From a virus (lineage: Duplodnaviria > Caudoviricetes), in the IMG/VR virus record IMGVR_UViG_3300047159_000046: DNA of 64,000 nucleotides. One strand, given 5' to 3'. The translations under genes were made by a program, and so were the position numbers. Positions 20,939 through 30,289 of this stretch are shown piece by piece (the stretch's first letter is position 1; each line of letters begins with the position of its first letter). The notes under the pieces were generated by a model, which saw only the letters and a program-made list of their open reading frames with translations, searched no databases and was not told the origin of the DNA.

Positions 20939-22604
20939 ACTTGTCCCATTCAAGAAAGGTTTTAAGAGAACCACCTCCGAGATTCTTCGGCTTCTCAATT
21001 TCCACACTAAAATCTACACCAGGCTCATTGTCGGTCATATATTTTCTAAATTTCAAAGAATCAAGAGCAGGCATATTCATAACAAAGTTATCCACAAAAG
21101 TTCTGTCTGTATTTCCATCAACAGCAACAATGGCAAGTTTGTAGAAATCGGTTATAGTTCTCAAAAAAGGATTTTTATCTATTTCGGCAGTATCATCAGA
21201 CCATTTTGATACCACTCCCAAAGATTCGGTGAGAGCCTTTTTGTTCTTTTCGCTCAGATTCTTCTCCATTTTGATGGCGTTTTTAAGTCTTGAAATGGAA
21301 GATACAACGACAGAATGTCTGATATTATTGTTATCCATTTCGTATTTGGAATCAAGAGTATCTTGGTCATATAATGACAGAAATCTGAATTTCAATACTG
21401 CCTTTGATACGGGACATTCAAAATCAAACAAACCATTTTCGTCTGATACCAAATCAAAAGGCTTATATTTGATTGTGGATAAATCTATAACCGAATCAAA
21501 AGGTGTATTGGTATCTGGATCGGTCACTGAAATAGGATAATCACTTCCGTAACTGTTTATTCTAAGCCACAATGTTATAGCATCAACATCTCCCTTGCAT
21601 AACTTTTTAGGATTATCAAAATCCTTATCTATCACCTTGGCATTCAGCAGATATTCTATAATCTTGTTGTTTTCATACAGGTTCGGGGATGTTATCATAT
21701 CCTCGTCACTGGCATTGATATAAGCCACGGCAATAGAATCTTTCTTGTTGCCATAACACTGTCCCTTGGACGGCAAAGAAATGACATCATACGGAGGGAT
21801 TATGCCATTAACAGTCTTCACATCAGTCACTGGTCTTTGTTTCATCATGTTCAAACGAATCTCTTCCACATCAACACTGCTTGAATTGTGTTTTGTTGAA
21901 ACATAATCTTCTGTTGACTGTTTGCTATTTTCAGATTCTTTTTTTTCTGTGATTGTATCTTTAACTTTTTCCGTAGTTTCTTGGCTTCTGTTAAGATTTA
22001 ATTTTGAGAATAAATCATTTGCAAAAGAAGAATAATCAGGCTCCTCTTTCTGTTTTGACTCGTTTTGTTTCATGTTATTTTCAACAGGAATCTGAACATC
22101 TTTATCCAATCGTTGAACTGGATTGATATTACCAGTATTGGAAAGAACCATATCGTTTATTCTCTTACTTTGCTCAACTCCGCCCTTGTCATAATACTTT
22201 GTGATTTTCTTTCCATCTTTTGACATAACTGAATATTCCTCAAACTTATGCTCCTCATCCTCTATTTCATTTATTTTATCATCTATATTACTATAAACGA
22301 CAAACGGTTTAAAATTGGGATCTAACTGAGCAATTTTAGCTTCATTCTCCTTAATTGCAACTCTTAATGTCTCTTCTGTGTCTTTATACTTTGGCATATC
22401 CTGACCATTATTGGCCTCACGATATTTTTCGTTTTTCTTATGCAACCCTTTTAAAGACTGCAATATCATGACGGAAGAAAAATTGATTGATTTTATATCT
22501 TTTATATCCTGTTCTTTTTTGTTAATAGTGGTTCGAGTATCGGAAACACCTCCCTTTGAACCAAAACTTTCAATATTTGTTGGCTGCGATGTATTATTAT
22601 CCAT
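20910..22604 (-). CDS. gp26-like baseplate hub / tail assembly chaperone with a long N-terminal extension
   Basis: C-terminal half has LPSKG..Y, DEDMIT, GDVDAITLWLRINSYG and DSLKFRKYM...EPGVDF. Confidence 0.7.
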   Translation of the reverse strand: MDNNTSQPTNIESFGSKGGVSDTRTTINKKEQDIKDIKSINFSSVMILQSLKGLHKKNEKYREANNGQDMPKYKDTEETLRVAIKENEAKIAQLDPNFKPFVVYSNIDDKINEIEDEEHKFEEYSVMSKDGKKITKYYDKGGVEQSKRINDMVLSNTGNINPVQRLDKDVQIPVENNMKQNESKQKEEPDYSSFANDLFSKLNLNRSQETTEKVKDTITEKKESENSKQSTEDYVSTKHNSSSVDVEEIRLNMMKQRPVTDVKTVNGIIPPYDVISLPSKGQCYGNKKDSIAVAYINASDEDMITSPNLYENNKIIEYLLNAKVIDKDFDNPKKLCKGDVDAITLWLRINSYGSDYPISVTDPDTNTPFDSVIDLSTIKYKPFDLVSDENGLFDFECPVSKAVLKFRFLSLYDQDTLDSKYEMDNNNIRHSVVVSSISRLKNAIKMEKNLSEKNKKALTESLGVVSKWSDDTAEIDKNPFLRTITDFYKLAIVAVDGNTDRTFVDNFVMNMPALDSLKFRKYMTDNEPGVDFSVEIEKPKNLGGGSLKTFLEWDKYVFTNIANV

Positions 22605-22651
22605 TGTTTTTATTTTAATTTTATTTTATTCATATAAAAAATAACATTTTT

Positions 22652-22683
22652 TTTGTTTTTTTGCGTTTATATACATATCTTTG
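22652..22683 (+). promoter_or_regulatory. Bacteroidota sigma-A promoter for the HU gene
   Basis: TTTG (22652-22655), 20-nt spacer, TATCTTTG (22676-22683). Confidence 0.75.
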
Positions 22684-22737
22684 CTTCAAAGAACATTATT
22701 CTTTTAATAGTAAATATATAATTTTAATTTTTTCAAT

Positions 22738-23004
22738 ATGAATAAAGCAGAATTGATTAGCGAGATCGCAAAGCAGACAAGTCTGACAAAGACAGACACA
22801 GAAAAATTCCTTAACGCCTTAGTATCAACCATCTCTTCTTCTATGAAGAATGATGAACAAGTACAGTTGTTCGGTTTGGGAACATTCAAGACAATTACCC
22901 GTGCTGCAAGACATGGAGTAAACCCAATCACCCATAAGCAGATGGATATTCCTGCAAAGAAAGCTGTAAAGTTCAAGGCTTCAAAGAATATCCTTGACGC
23001 TTAA
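22738..23004 (+). CDS. hup: HU family DNA-binding protein
   Basis: MNKAELISEIA, VQLFGLGTF, ARHGVNPIT, IPAKKAVKFKAS. Confidence 0.95.
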   Translation: MNKAELISEIAKQTSLTKTDTEKFLNALVSTISSSMKNDEQVQLFGLGTFKTITRAARHGVNPITHKQMDIPAKKAVKFKASKNILDA

Positions 23005-23073
23005 TTCTTTTTGTGATATCAATCACTTGGATATCAAACTAAAAGCGAACACATTTATTTGTGCTCGCTTTTT

Positions 23074-23502
23074 TTATTTCACATTTTCCAATATGAGATT
23101 TACTTTTTGGGGATTATTTCGGATATCATTCTCCCAAATTCTAATCAGTTTTATTCCATGCAGTTTAGCCCAGTTGTCTTTTATGGTATCAACGATTCCG
23201 CTCTTATATTGAACAAGATTTTTCTTCTTGAACTTTATAGGATTACAATGCCAATAATCACCATCAACCTCAATCAAAGTGTTTCTGTCTGGAAGATAAA
23301 AATCATAATAGCGATGGATATCCTTGGCTTCAAATTGATAGATATATTTTATATCATTCTTTTTTAAAAAGTCATTGGCAAACAATTCTTCCAATTTTGA
23401 TGTCCCGTATTTCTGCTTTTCTTCTCCGTCATATCCGTTTTTAATATCTTCAATAATGGCTTTTTGTATGCTATCATTTTTTCTCTTTGTTCCCTGTTTC
23501 AT
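23074..23502 (-). CDS. DUF559 / Vsr-like PD-(D/E)XK endonuclease
   Basis: YYDFYLPDRNTLIEVDGDYWH and GIKLIRIWE; probable start at MKQGTK. Confidence 0.8.
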   Translation of the reverse strand: MKQGTKRKNDSIQKAIIEDIKNGYDGEEKQKYGTSKLEELFANDFLKKNDIKYIYQFEAKDIHRYYDFYLPDRNTLIEVDGDYWHCNPIKFKKKNLVQYKSGIVDTIKDNWAKLHGIKLIRIWENDIRNNPQKVNLILENVK

Positions 23503-23567
23503 GATAATAAATAAAAAAGAGAGGAAAATATTCGTTTCCCCCTCTTTTAATATTATATAATTTTTGA

Positions 23568-24056
23568 TTAGTAAGCCAATATACAATAATCCATCTGAAT
23601 TCCAAGTGTAATATCAGCAAGGGCATCCTGACTATAATTAAGCTGACCGCCATCGAAACTGGTTATCATGCAATTTTTCAGAATCCACTTGCTCACACAA
23701 ACACCCGTAGGATCCGACATTTCAAGTTCCAAATCACGTTTGTAACCTGCTGCATATCCCTGTCTTCCAGTAACGGATTCAGAATGTAATCTCACCCACT
23801 CCATAACAGCCTGTGATGCGGAAGGTCCCTGCGGATCATGTAACTGAACCGTCATAGATTCCCACTTATATCTACCTACAACATAAGTTGAAGTATTAAA
23901 GAATGGTATCTCCACGGCACTTTGTGTCATGTGCGGTCTGGCAGCAGAAGCAACCCACCATTCCATAATTCCCAAATCAGAAGGGAATCTTAATATGAAT
24001 CTATTTTGTCTTAACGGCTCATAATTGAGCGGGACTTTATTTAATAAATCACCCAT
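23568..24056 (-). CDS. Tail tube protein (gp19-like)
   Basis: EPLRQNRF, YVVGRYKWE, VMEW, GYAAGYKRD, DPTG...KWILKNC; next to the sheath gene. Confidence 0.9.
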   Translation of the reverse strand: MGDLLNKVPLNYEPLRQNRFILRFPSDLGIMEWWVASAARPHMTQSAVEIPFFNTSTYVVGRYKWESMTVQLHDPQGPSASQAVMEWVRLHSESVTGRQGYAAGYKRDLELEMSDPTGVCVSKWILKNCMITSFDGGQLNYSQDALADITLGIQMDYCILAY

Positions 24057-24076
24057 TGTTTTTTAATTTTTAATGT

Positions 24077-24493
24077 TTATTCGTTTGATATTTCGTCATC
24101 ATCTGGTTGCTGTGCCTTGTCGCACATAATCCATACTTTTTTGAACAATTCATAAGCTGGATTTTCAATATCGTTTGCAAGTAATTCCAGTCCCTGCAAA
24201 GCCATGCTTCTTATCTGGATAACAAGACCATCAGCATTATCAGCAGCATTTTGCTGTCCGTTATTTCCTCCATTTGGCTGTTGGCCTCCCATGTTTCCCA
24301 TATCCATGTCCATATCCATATCTTCGGAACCGTCATCATACTGTTGCTGATTTCCATTGGGAGCACCATTGTCATTCATATCATTTCCCGATTCGGAATT
24401 GTAATAACTTTCATTTATTCCATATCTGCGGAAACGAGGAGCAAATCTTTTAGATTCGCAAAATCTCGAAAATCTATTATTTTTTCTTAGCAT
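24077..24493 (-). CDS. Hypothetical protein (basic N-terminus, N/Q/D-rich middle)
   Basis: Preceded by CTATTTAT; the basic leader ends in GINE. Confidence 0.7.
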   Translation of the reverse strand: MLRKNNRFSRFCESKRFAPRFRRYGINESYYNSESGNDMNDNGAPNGNQQQYDDGSEDMDMDMDMGNMGGQQPNGGNNGQQNAADNADGLVIQIRSMALQGLELLANDIENPAYELFKKVWIMCDKAQQPDDDEISNE

Positions 24494-24547
24494 AATTTAC
24501 GTTCTTTTAAAATAAATAGTATAAATTTAAGATTTTATATAAAATCA

Positions 24548-24586
24548 AAAAAAAAGCGGAAATATATTGAATATCTCCGCTTTTTA
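24548..24586. terminator. Bidirectional intrinsic terminator after the sheath gene
   Basis: aaaaaagcgga...tccgctttttt. Confidence 0.7.
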
Positions 24587-24601
24587 TTAAAATATTAATG
24601 T

Positions 24602-27600
24602 TTACAAATCCTCAAACGAAACTCCCTGCTGAGTTATCATAAAGTCGATAGAGAAGTACTCAATCTGGGTGGTAGGCTTGATCCATATCTTGATTGGCAT
24701 TTCTCTTCTGTCCTTATCCTCATCAGAAGAAGAAATCTCAATCTTATATTGAACAATACCTCTATTCTCCTTTATAACCGACATTATGTTATTCAGCAAA
24801 CCATAAACCTTGTCTACCTCTGTCTGGTCATACTGGTCAAATACCAAAGGATTCAACGCATCAACAACGCTCTTTCTTACATAAAGCATCAAACGTCTAA
24901 TGGCGATTCTTGTTAATGGCATTCTGTCATCGTCTGCATCATAAAGTGTCTTTTGTCCGAATACCTTGCATCCGTCTGTGGTAAAGTTGATAATAGGATT
25001 AATTCTATTATTAGCCAAAGCATCACGTTCTCCGATATTCAAAGATTTCTTGACTTTGATACAGTCCACATTTCCATTCTGGAATCCTGCAGGAGAGTAC
25101 CAAGGGAAAGAGAAATTGTCTATCTTTGCCATATTACGGACAATATCACGAGTTACTGGCAAATAGATATACATATTATTGGTACTGTCAAGATACTTGG
25201 CCCAAGGATAATATACTGCAGCATATTTGGTATCAATGGTAGAATCATCAACCACATCAGATACATCGTCTGCCGAATACATTTCGTCTTTGCTATCATC
25301 AGCTCCATAAGGTTTATCAGGAAGTGTAGGCAGATACAATGTATCCTGTCTTTCCTCCTCTACCATTTCTATAACACTCTTAACCAATAAGTTCTGATTT
25401 TCTATATCAATTCCAGGAGTTGCCAGCAAATTGATATATATATCATTAGGATTAGAGAATTTTCTAATGGCAGCCAGATAAGCGTAATAGTCAGAAGTGA
25501 TAGAGTTTCCAGTCAATCCAAGACTTTCAGCATCTGAAATACCCTTGAAATTACTTCCCTCGTTATTAACGCTATTTACACGTCCCTTATAGTTTGCATA
25601 AGTAAAGTCATCGGTGTTGGTTCTATCTGCACGATAAACATCCCATCCATCAAAACCTCCGTAGAACATAACGGTAAATTTACGCATATTTACATCCGAA
25701 TAGATAGTATTTGACATATCCTCTTCGGTAGCTATAATAGGAGCGTCATCCTTATCTTCTGTTCTTGCCTGTGAATTGACGGTTGTAAATGTATAACCCG
25801 ATTCTCCCTCGACTGTTATTGATACTCCGCTATATTCACTGTTATCAGAATAAGAATCCTCATTTACTCTGCAATCCAAATGGAAACCATTTCCGAGTAT
25901 TCTATTATCACCCTCAATGTAATATCTATCTCCCTTGAATGTAAATGTATCTACATCAATTCCAGCCAAATCGGAAAGTCCAAAATACTGTTTCTTTGCC
26001 TTTAATTCTGTATATACATCTGAATTATAAGGTATTGTAGGAGAAGATACAGCATCAACCGCATTTCCAACCGTAGGATAACCATTATAGAAATTGATAG
26101 GATATCCTATGAAACCAGCAGGAACCGACAATTTGGTAGTGGTTGTTTCATTTACCTCAACGGTAACATAGTTCGATTTTGATTCATAAGTACCATCATA
26201 AGAACCTATCTTGTAAGCTATATAATTGGCACTTCCTGGTTCAAGATTACATTTAGAGTATTTCTCCAAAACAACAGGATTGGCATCGGTATCATTGATA
26301 TCACGAAGAACAACAGTAAATGTCAAATCATCTGGCTTGATATCTGTAATAGATACCTTGAACATGTTATTTGCATTATCTCCATCAGATATTGTGTGGA
26401 ATCTAAACAGCTTATGAAGTTCAATATGTGTTCTATCACCCTTGGCGTTTGAAACGATCCATGGTGTTGATGCAAATCTGTAAGAAGATTTATAATCATT
26501 CAAATCAACCGTGACAGGAACTATAGACTTTACTCCATTTTCATCAAGCAATCTATAATAATATCCATCAGCCTCGTTCTTGACAATAGCCATCTTGTTG
26601 ATATTATAATTGCTTTCCTGTACTGATGTTCCAGCAGATGTGTATCTAAGCTGGTCCAATATAGGAACGACATTATTATCAATAGATACTTTTGCAGCAG
26701 TGGTATTCAGGTTCTCCAACCATACACTTCCTTTTGAATAGAATGAATATACATAATGTCTTACTCCATTATAAGTAAACTGTTTGACAACTAAAACCTG
26801 ACCGATAAAATCAGCAGAACGTACACAAACAGAATATGTCTTAGGATCAATATACAATGTTATTCCAGTATCTCCAGTTTCTCCAAGGAATACTCTTTGG
26901 CCCTTTGTCGTGGCGGTAAATATTCCGTCATCTCCCGCTGTAAACTTGAAAGTCTCTTGTGTCGCTGAATATGGTGCAGACTCTGTAACAGCTGAATCAT
27001 AACCCGTATAAGAAGTTACAGTAAAGGTATAAGAAGTTATATTTTCTTTTGCATCCTTATCCGCAATCAGAGTGTATTTGGTAATAGCGGAAGAAGAATT
27101 ATCCGACAAGACATAAGGTCTGTTATTCACATAATTATACAAATGTACATTTACATTTGCTCCCTCATCAGCAAGATAACGTTTTCCAACATATTTCTTC
27201 GTAAGAGCCTCTTCCGATATAGGAACAAAATCAGAAACAGATTTCATACCACAATAATCGTATGTGTTAAATACATCATAAGCGGTAAGTTTATTGCTGA
27301 TGAAAGTGATACTTCCGTCATTGATTCCATTCTGCAGTGCTACATCATAAAGACTCTCACAATATATAGGTGCATTTGCGGCATCCATGTTTCCTCCTAT
27401 AACTTTAAGAATATAATTCTTATCAGCAGGATTCAAAGATAATGAATACTTGAAATAACCCTCGCTCATCTCTCTTGAAACAGGCTTTACATATATTGTG
27501 TTGTCTCCATATTTGACAGCAATATATCCAGTATCTGCAGTTGTTATAGCTGATTTTGAAGTAAAATACAAACCGTTAGCATCTGGATAAACTATTATTT

Positions 27601-28369
27601 TCTGAGGATTTTTTGCGTCTCCAGAAGTTACATAAGTATCTCCAGTACATGTAGAAAACACCTCGTTTACTTTAAGATAATGTCCCTCTGATGTGGTTCC
27701 TTCAAGACAGAACAAACCATAATTGTTTGCGCTTACATACATCTGAACAGGAACTCCGTTAATGGTATATCCGTCACATTCGTTTCCGCTATCTTCAAGA
27801 GAAACGAAATTGCTTATACCAAGGGCATCCATATTATATGAAGAAGGAGCGGTACAATCATAAGCATCATCATCCCATTCTCCAATATCATATCTTATCT
27901 TATCATAAACCGAACCTGCACATTTGCAATCATTAGCTATTGTAGGTACATATTTATGATATTTCTCATAATGTCCTCTTGAACGAATAACCGCAATAAC
28001 TGTAGGCTTGTTTCCAGTAGCTCCATTTCCTGCAGTTATAAGCCATGCTGGTCCTGCATTATATCCACTCAAACCAAGAACTCTTACAACATCAAGCTGC
28101 TGTGACTGTTCAAAGTATGATTTTGCGATATAAGGCAATTCATATTTAGGAAATTTACTTCCTTTGTATGTAGTAACATCGGTGCCTCCAAAAACCTTCT
28201 TAAAAGAAGCCCAATCGCTTACTTTTATAGGCTCAAATGCAGGCCCTTGTAGTGTCTCTCCAACCACTCCCAAAGTAGTGATTCCAAGACTCTTAACATT
28301 CGCTGCAACCTCAAACTCCCTCGTATAAACGCCAGGAGCGGTATGCGAACCTCTTGCTGTATCTGCCAT
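24602..28369 (-). CDS. Tail sheath protein (gp18-like)
   Basis: APGVYTRE, GETLQGPAFEP, LLATPG, YYPW, PWYSPAGFQNG, NRINPI, FGQKTL, RIAIRRL. Confidence 0.95.
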   Translation of the reverse strand: MADTARGSHTAPGVYTREFEVAANVKSLGITTLGVVGETLQGPAFEPIKVSDWASFKKVFGGTDVTTYKGSKFPKYELPYIAKSYFEQSQQLDVVRVLGLSGYNAGPAWLITAGNGATGNKPTVIAVIRSRGHYEKYHKYVPTIANDCKCAGSVYDKIRYDIGEWDDDAYDCTAPSSYNMDALGISNFVSLEDSGNECDGYTINGVPVQMYVSANNYGLFCLEGTTSEGHYLKVNEVFSTCTGDTYVTSGDAKNPQKIIVYPDANGLYFTSKSAITTADTGYIAVKYGDNTIYVKPVSREMSEGYFKYSLSLNPADKNYILKVIGGNMDAANAPIYCESLYDVALQNGINDGSITFISNKLTAYDVFNTYDYCGMKSVSDFVPISEEALTKKYVGKRYLADEGANVNVHLYNYVNNRPYVLSDNSSSAITKYTLIADKDAKENITSYTFTVTSYTGYDSAVTESAPYSATQETFKFTAGDDGIFTATTKGQRVFLGETGDTGITLYIDPKTYSVCVRSADFIGQVLVVKQFTYNGVRHYVYSFYSKGSVWLENLNTTAAKVSIDNNVVPILDQLRYTSAGTSVQESNYNINKMAIVKNEADGYYYRLLDENGVKSIVPVTVDLNDYKSSYRFASTPWIVSNAKGDRTHIELHKLFRFHTISDGDNANNMFKVSITDIKPDDLTFTVVLRDINDTDANPVVLEKYSKCNLEPGSANYIAYKIGSYDGTYESKSNYVTVEVNETTTTKLSVPAGFIGYPINFYNGYPTVGNAVDAVSSPTIPYNSDVYTELKAKKQYFGLSDLAGIDVDTFTFKGDRYYIEGDNRILGNGFHLDCRVNEDSYSDNSEYSGVSITVEGESGYTFTTVNSQARTEDKDDAPIIATEEDMSNTIYSDVNMRKFTVMFYGGFDGWDVYRADRTNTDDFTYANYKGRVNSVNNEGSNFKGISDAESLGLTGNSITSDYYAYLAAIRKFSNPNDIYINLLATPGIDIENQNLLVKSVIEMVEEERQDTLYLPTLPDKPYGADDSKDEMYSADDVSDVVDDSTIDTKYAAVYYPWAKYLDSTNNMYIYLPVTRDIVRNMAKIDNFSFPWYSPAGFQNGNVDCIKVKKSLNIGERDALANNRINPIINFTTDGCKVFGQKTLYDADDDRMPLTRIAIRRLMLYVRKSVVDALNPLVFDQYDQTEVDKVYGLLNNIMSVIKENRGIVQYKIEISSSDEDKDRREMPIKIWIKPTTQIEYFSIDFMITQQGVSFEDL

Positions 28370-28452
28370 CTTATTCTTATTTTATTTCTTTATTTTATTA
28401 TAAATAGATACCTACATTTGTAAATCATTTATTTTTATTTTTTTTGACAAAT

Positions 28453-29637
28453 TTAAGATATCTTGATATTTATATCTTCTGGATTATCATCGTCAAGCAC
28501 AGTTTCTGCATTATTCTCCTTTTCTGTATCTATTATCACATTATTGTCATAACCTATTATAGTCATGTTTCCTTCTTGCATTACATCTTTTCGCTTACAT
28601 GAAATTCGTATTTTATCTCCATTCAGAAAATACACCTCTTCATTAAAATCAATCTGCTCCTCATTAATGAACATTGTGAATTCTGTAATATTTTCAGTAT
28701 CTATAGTTTGCAAAACGAATGCGCTTCCAGATAAATCAAAAACAAATTCCACATCTTTATTACACAACCCAAAGGTCATGGTAAACGTTATGCCCCTGTA
28801 TTCATATTGAGAATCATCTTTTTGTTCTGGACATCTATCATCATATTCTGCAATAACAGAATTTTCCTTTTTGTTATCCTTATCGCCCCGTATTCCAATA
28901 ACCTGTCTAAATCGGGAAGCAACATGACGAACCCTAAAATCTTTTTCTGTTATTATATAAGCCCTCACCAATATGGAATAAGATTGGGAATAAAATTTTC
29001 TGTCATCTATTGAATATTCCGATTTATCAGATATGTCATTTAACTTCATTGACATCGGATGCTGCTGAGGAAATATATAACATTGCAGTGACTTGAATTC
29101 ATTGTTTACAATAAGGTTAAAATCATTCAGCAAATCAAATTTATTGGTTATTATTGATAATGTATATGTAAAATCGATAGACATTGGCTGTTTCATTTCA
29201 TATACATCATAAGCCTGCTGACCATTTTCCTGTAATACAGGAGTGGAATATAATGGAAAGTATATATCTTTTGGTATGTTATAAGAATCTCCATATATGG
29301 TCCCTTTTTTAGGATTGTTATCCCTTGTTATGGTTTTGAAATTCATTTCCATATTTCCATTTTTATCCTGATGCGACCAGTTCTGTGCAAATTCTGATAT
29401 CCTCTGATTGGAATATAATTCCATTGTCGGGAGTTTTTTCCCGTTATATGATATTTCGAGTTTGTTATCAACCCACTCCTTGAATGAGGCGTCAATATCC
29501 TTATAACCAACCGTATTAGGGAAAGGCTTCGATTTATCAAGTATTTTCTTTGACATATTAAGCCTGTCCTCTTTTCCTATGGCATGGTTTCTTAAATCCA
29601 TATAATGAAGAAATGGTTTTGCTTGTATTACAGACAT
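28453..29637 (-). CDS. Tail terminator / sheath stabiliser (gp15-like)
   Basis: Directly upstream of the sheath gene; segment P.SIDFTYTLSI. Confidence 0.6.
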   Translation of the reverse strand: MSVIQAKPFLHYMDLRNHAIGKEDRLNMSKKILDKSKPFPNTVGYKDIDASFKEWVDNKLEISYNGKKLPTMELYSNQRISEFAQNWSHQDKNGNMEMNFKTITRDNNPKKGTIYGDSYNIPKDIYFPLYSTPVLQENGQQAYDVYEMKQPMSIDFTYTLSIITNKFDLLNDFNLIVNNEFKSLQCYIFPQQHPMSMKLNDISDKSEYSIDDRKFYSQSYSILVRAYIITEKDFRVRHVASRFRQVIGIRGDKDNKKENSVIAEYDDRCPEQKDDSQYEYRGITFTMTFGLCNKDVEFVFDLSGSAFVLQTIDTENITEFTMFINEEQIDFNEEVYFLNGDKIRISCKRKDVMQEGNMTIIGYDNNVIIDTEKENNAETVLDDDNPEDINIKIS

Positions 29638-29678
29638 ATTGTTCTTTTTTACTATAAATAGCTTTTATTTATATAAAC

Positions 29679-29719
29679 TAAAAGGCAGATGAACAGTTAA
29701 GTTCATCCGCCTTTTTTTA
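29679..29719. terminator. Intrinsic terminator
   Basis: aaaaggcagatgaac...gttcatccgccttttt. Confidence 0.65.
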
Positions 29720-29804
29720 TAAACTGTATAATTAATGTTGGCAATAATATACCTATTGAACTTTTTGTGGTTCTTCCGCTTTTTTTAATAAAATTAAGAC
29801 AGAA

Positions 29805-29999
29805 CTAAAATTGGCAATTCAATTTATTTTTAGTCAGTACTGCATCCACATCAGACATATTGCAGACGTATTCCTTGTACTCTGAAACAAGTATACCTGT
29901 ATTGTATTGCTTTAGTAATTTCCAATCTTTTTCTAAAGATTCTGATGTTGTTTTTGATAAATGTTCTAAAAATGCGTTATATAATTCTTTAGATGTCAT
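29805..29999 (-). CDS. Small hypothetical protein
   Basis: 64-aa ORF divergent from the HTH gene. Confidence 0.5.
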   Translation of the reverse strand: MTSKELYNAFLEHLSKTTSESLEKDWKLLKQYNTGILVSEYKEYVCNMSDVDAVLTKNKLNCQF

Positions 30000-30067
30000 A
30001 CTATTTAATTATTTAAAATTCACACTATAAACAATATTATAGAAATACAAATTTATAATATTTTTTA

Positions 30068-30289
30068 ATGGATGAACTTAATAGATTGAAGGTAGTTCTT
30101 GTTGAACAGAAACGAACAGGCAAATGGTTGGCAGAACAACTTGGTGTGAGTGTAACTACAACAAGTCGTTGGTGTTCTAATGCGGCACAGCCAGACCTTC
30201 AGACGTTGAATAGAATTGCAAAACTCTTAAATGTTTCAATTCTTGATTTAATTAAAAATAATAATCAAACGTATGGCAAGAAAGATTAA
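30068..30289 (+). CDS. XRE-family helix-turn-helix regulator
   Basis: NRLKVVLVEQKRTGKWLAEQLG...SRWCSN..QPDL, a type common upstream of Bacteroidota restriction and defence loci. Confidence 0.9.
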   Translation: MDELNRLKVVLVEQKRTGKWLAEQLGVSVTTTSRWCSNAAQPDLQTLNRIAKLLNVSILDLIKNNNQTYGKKD

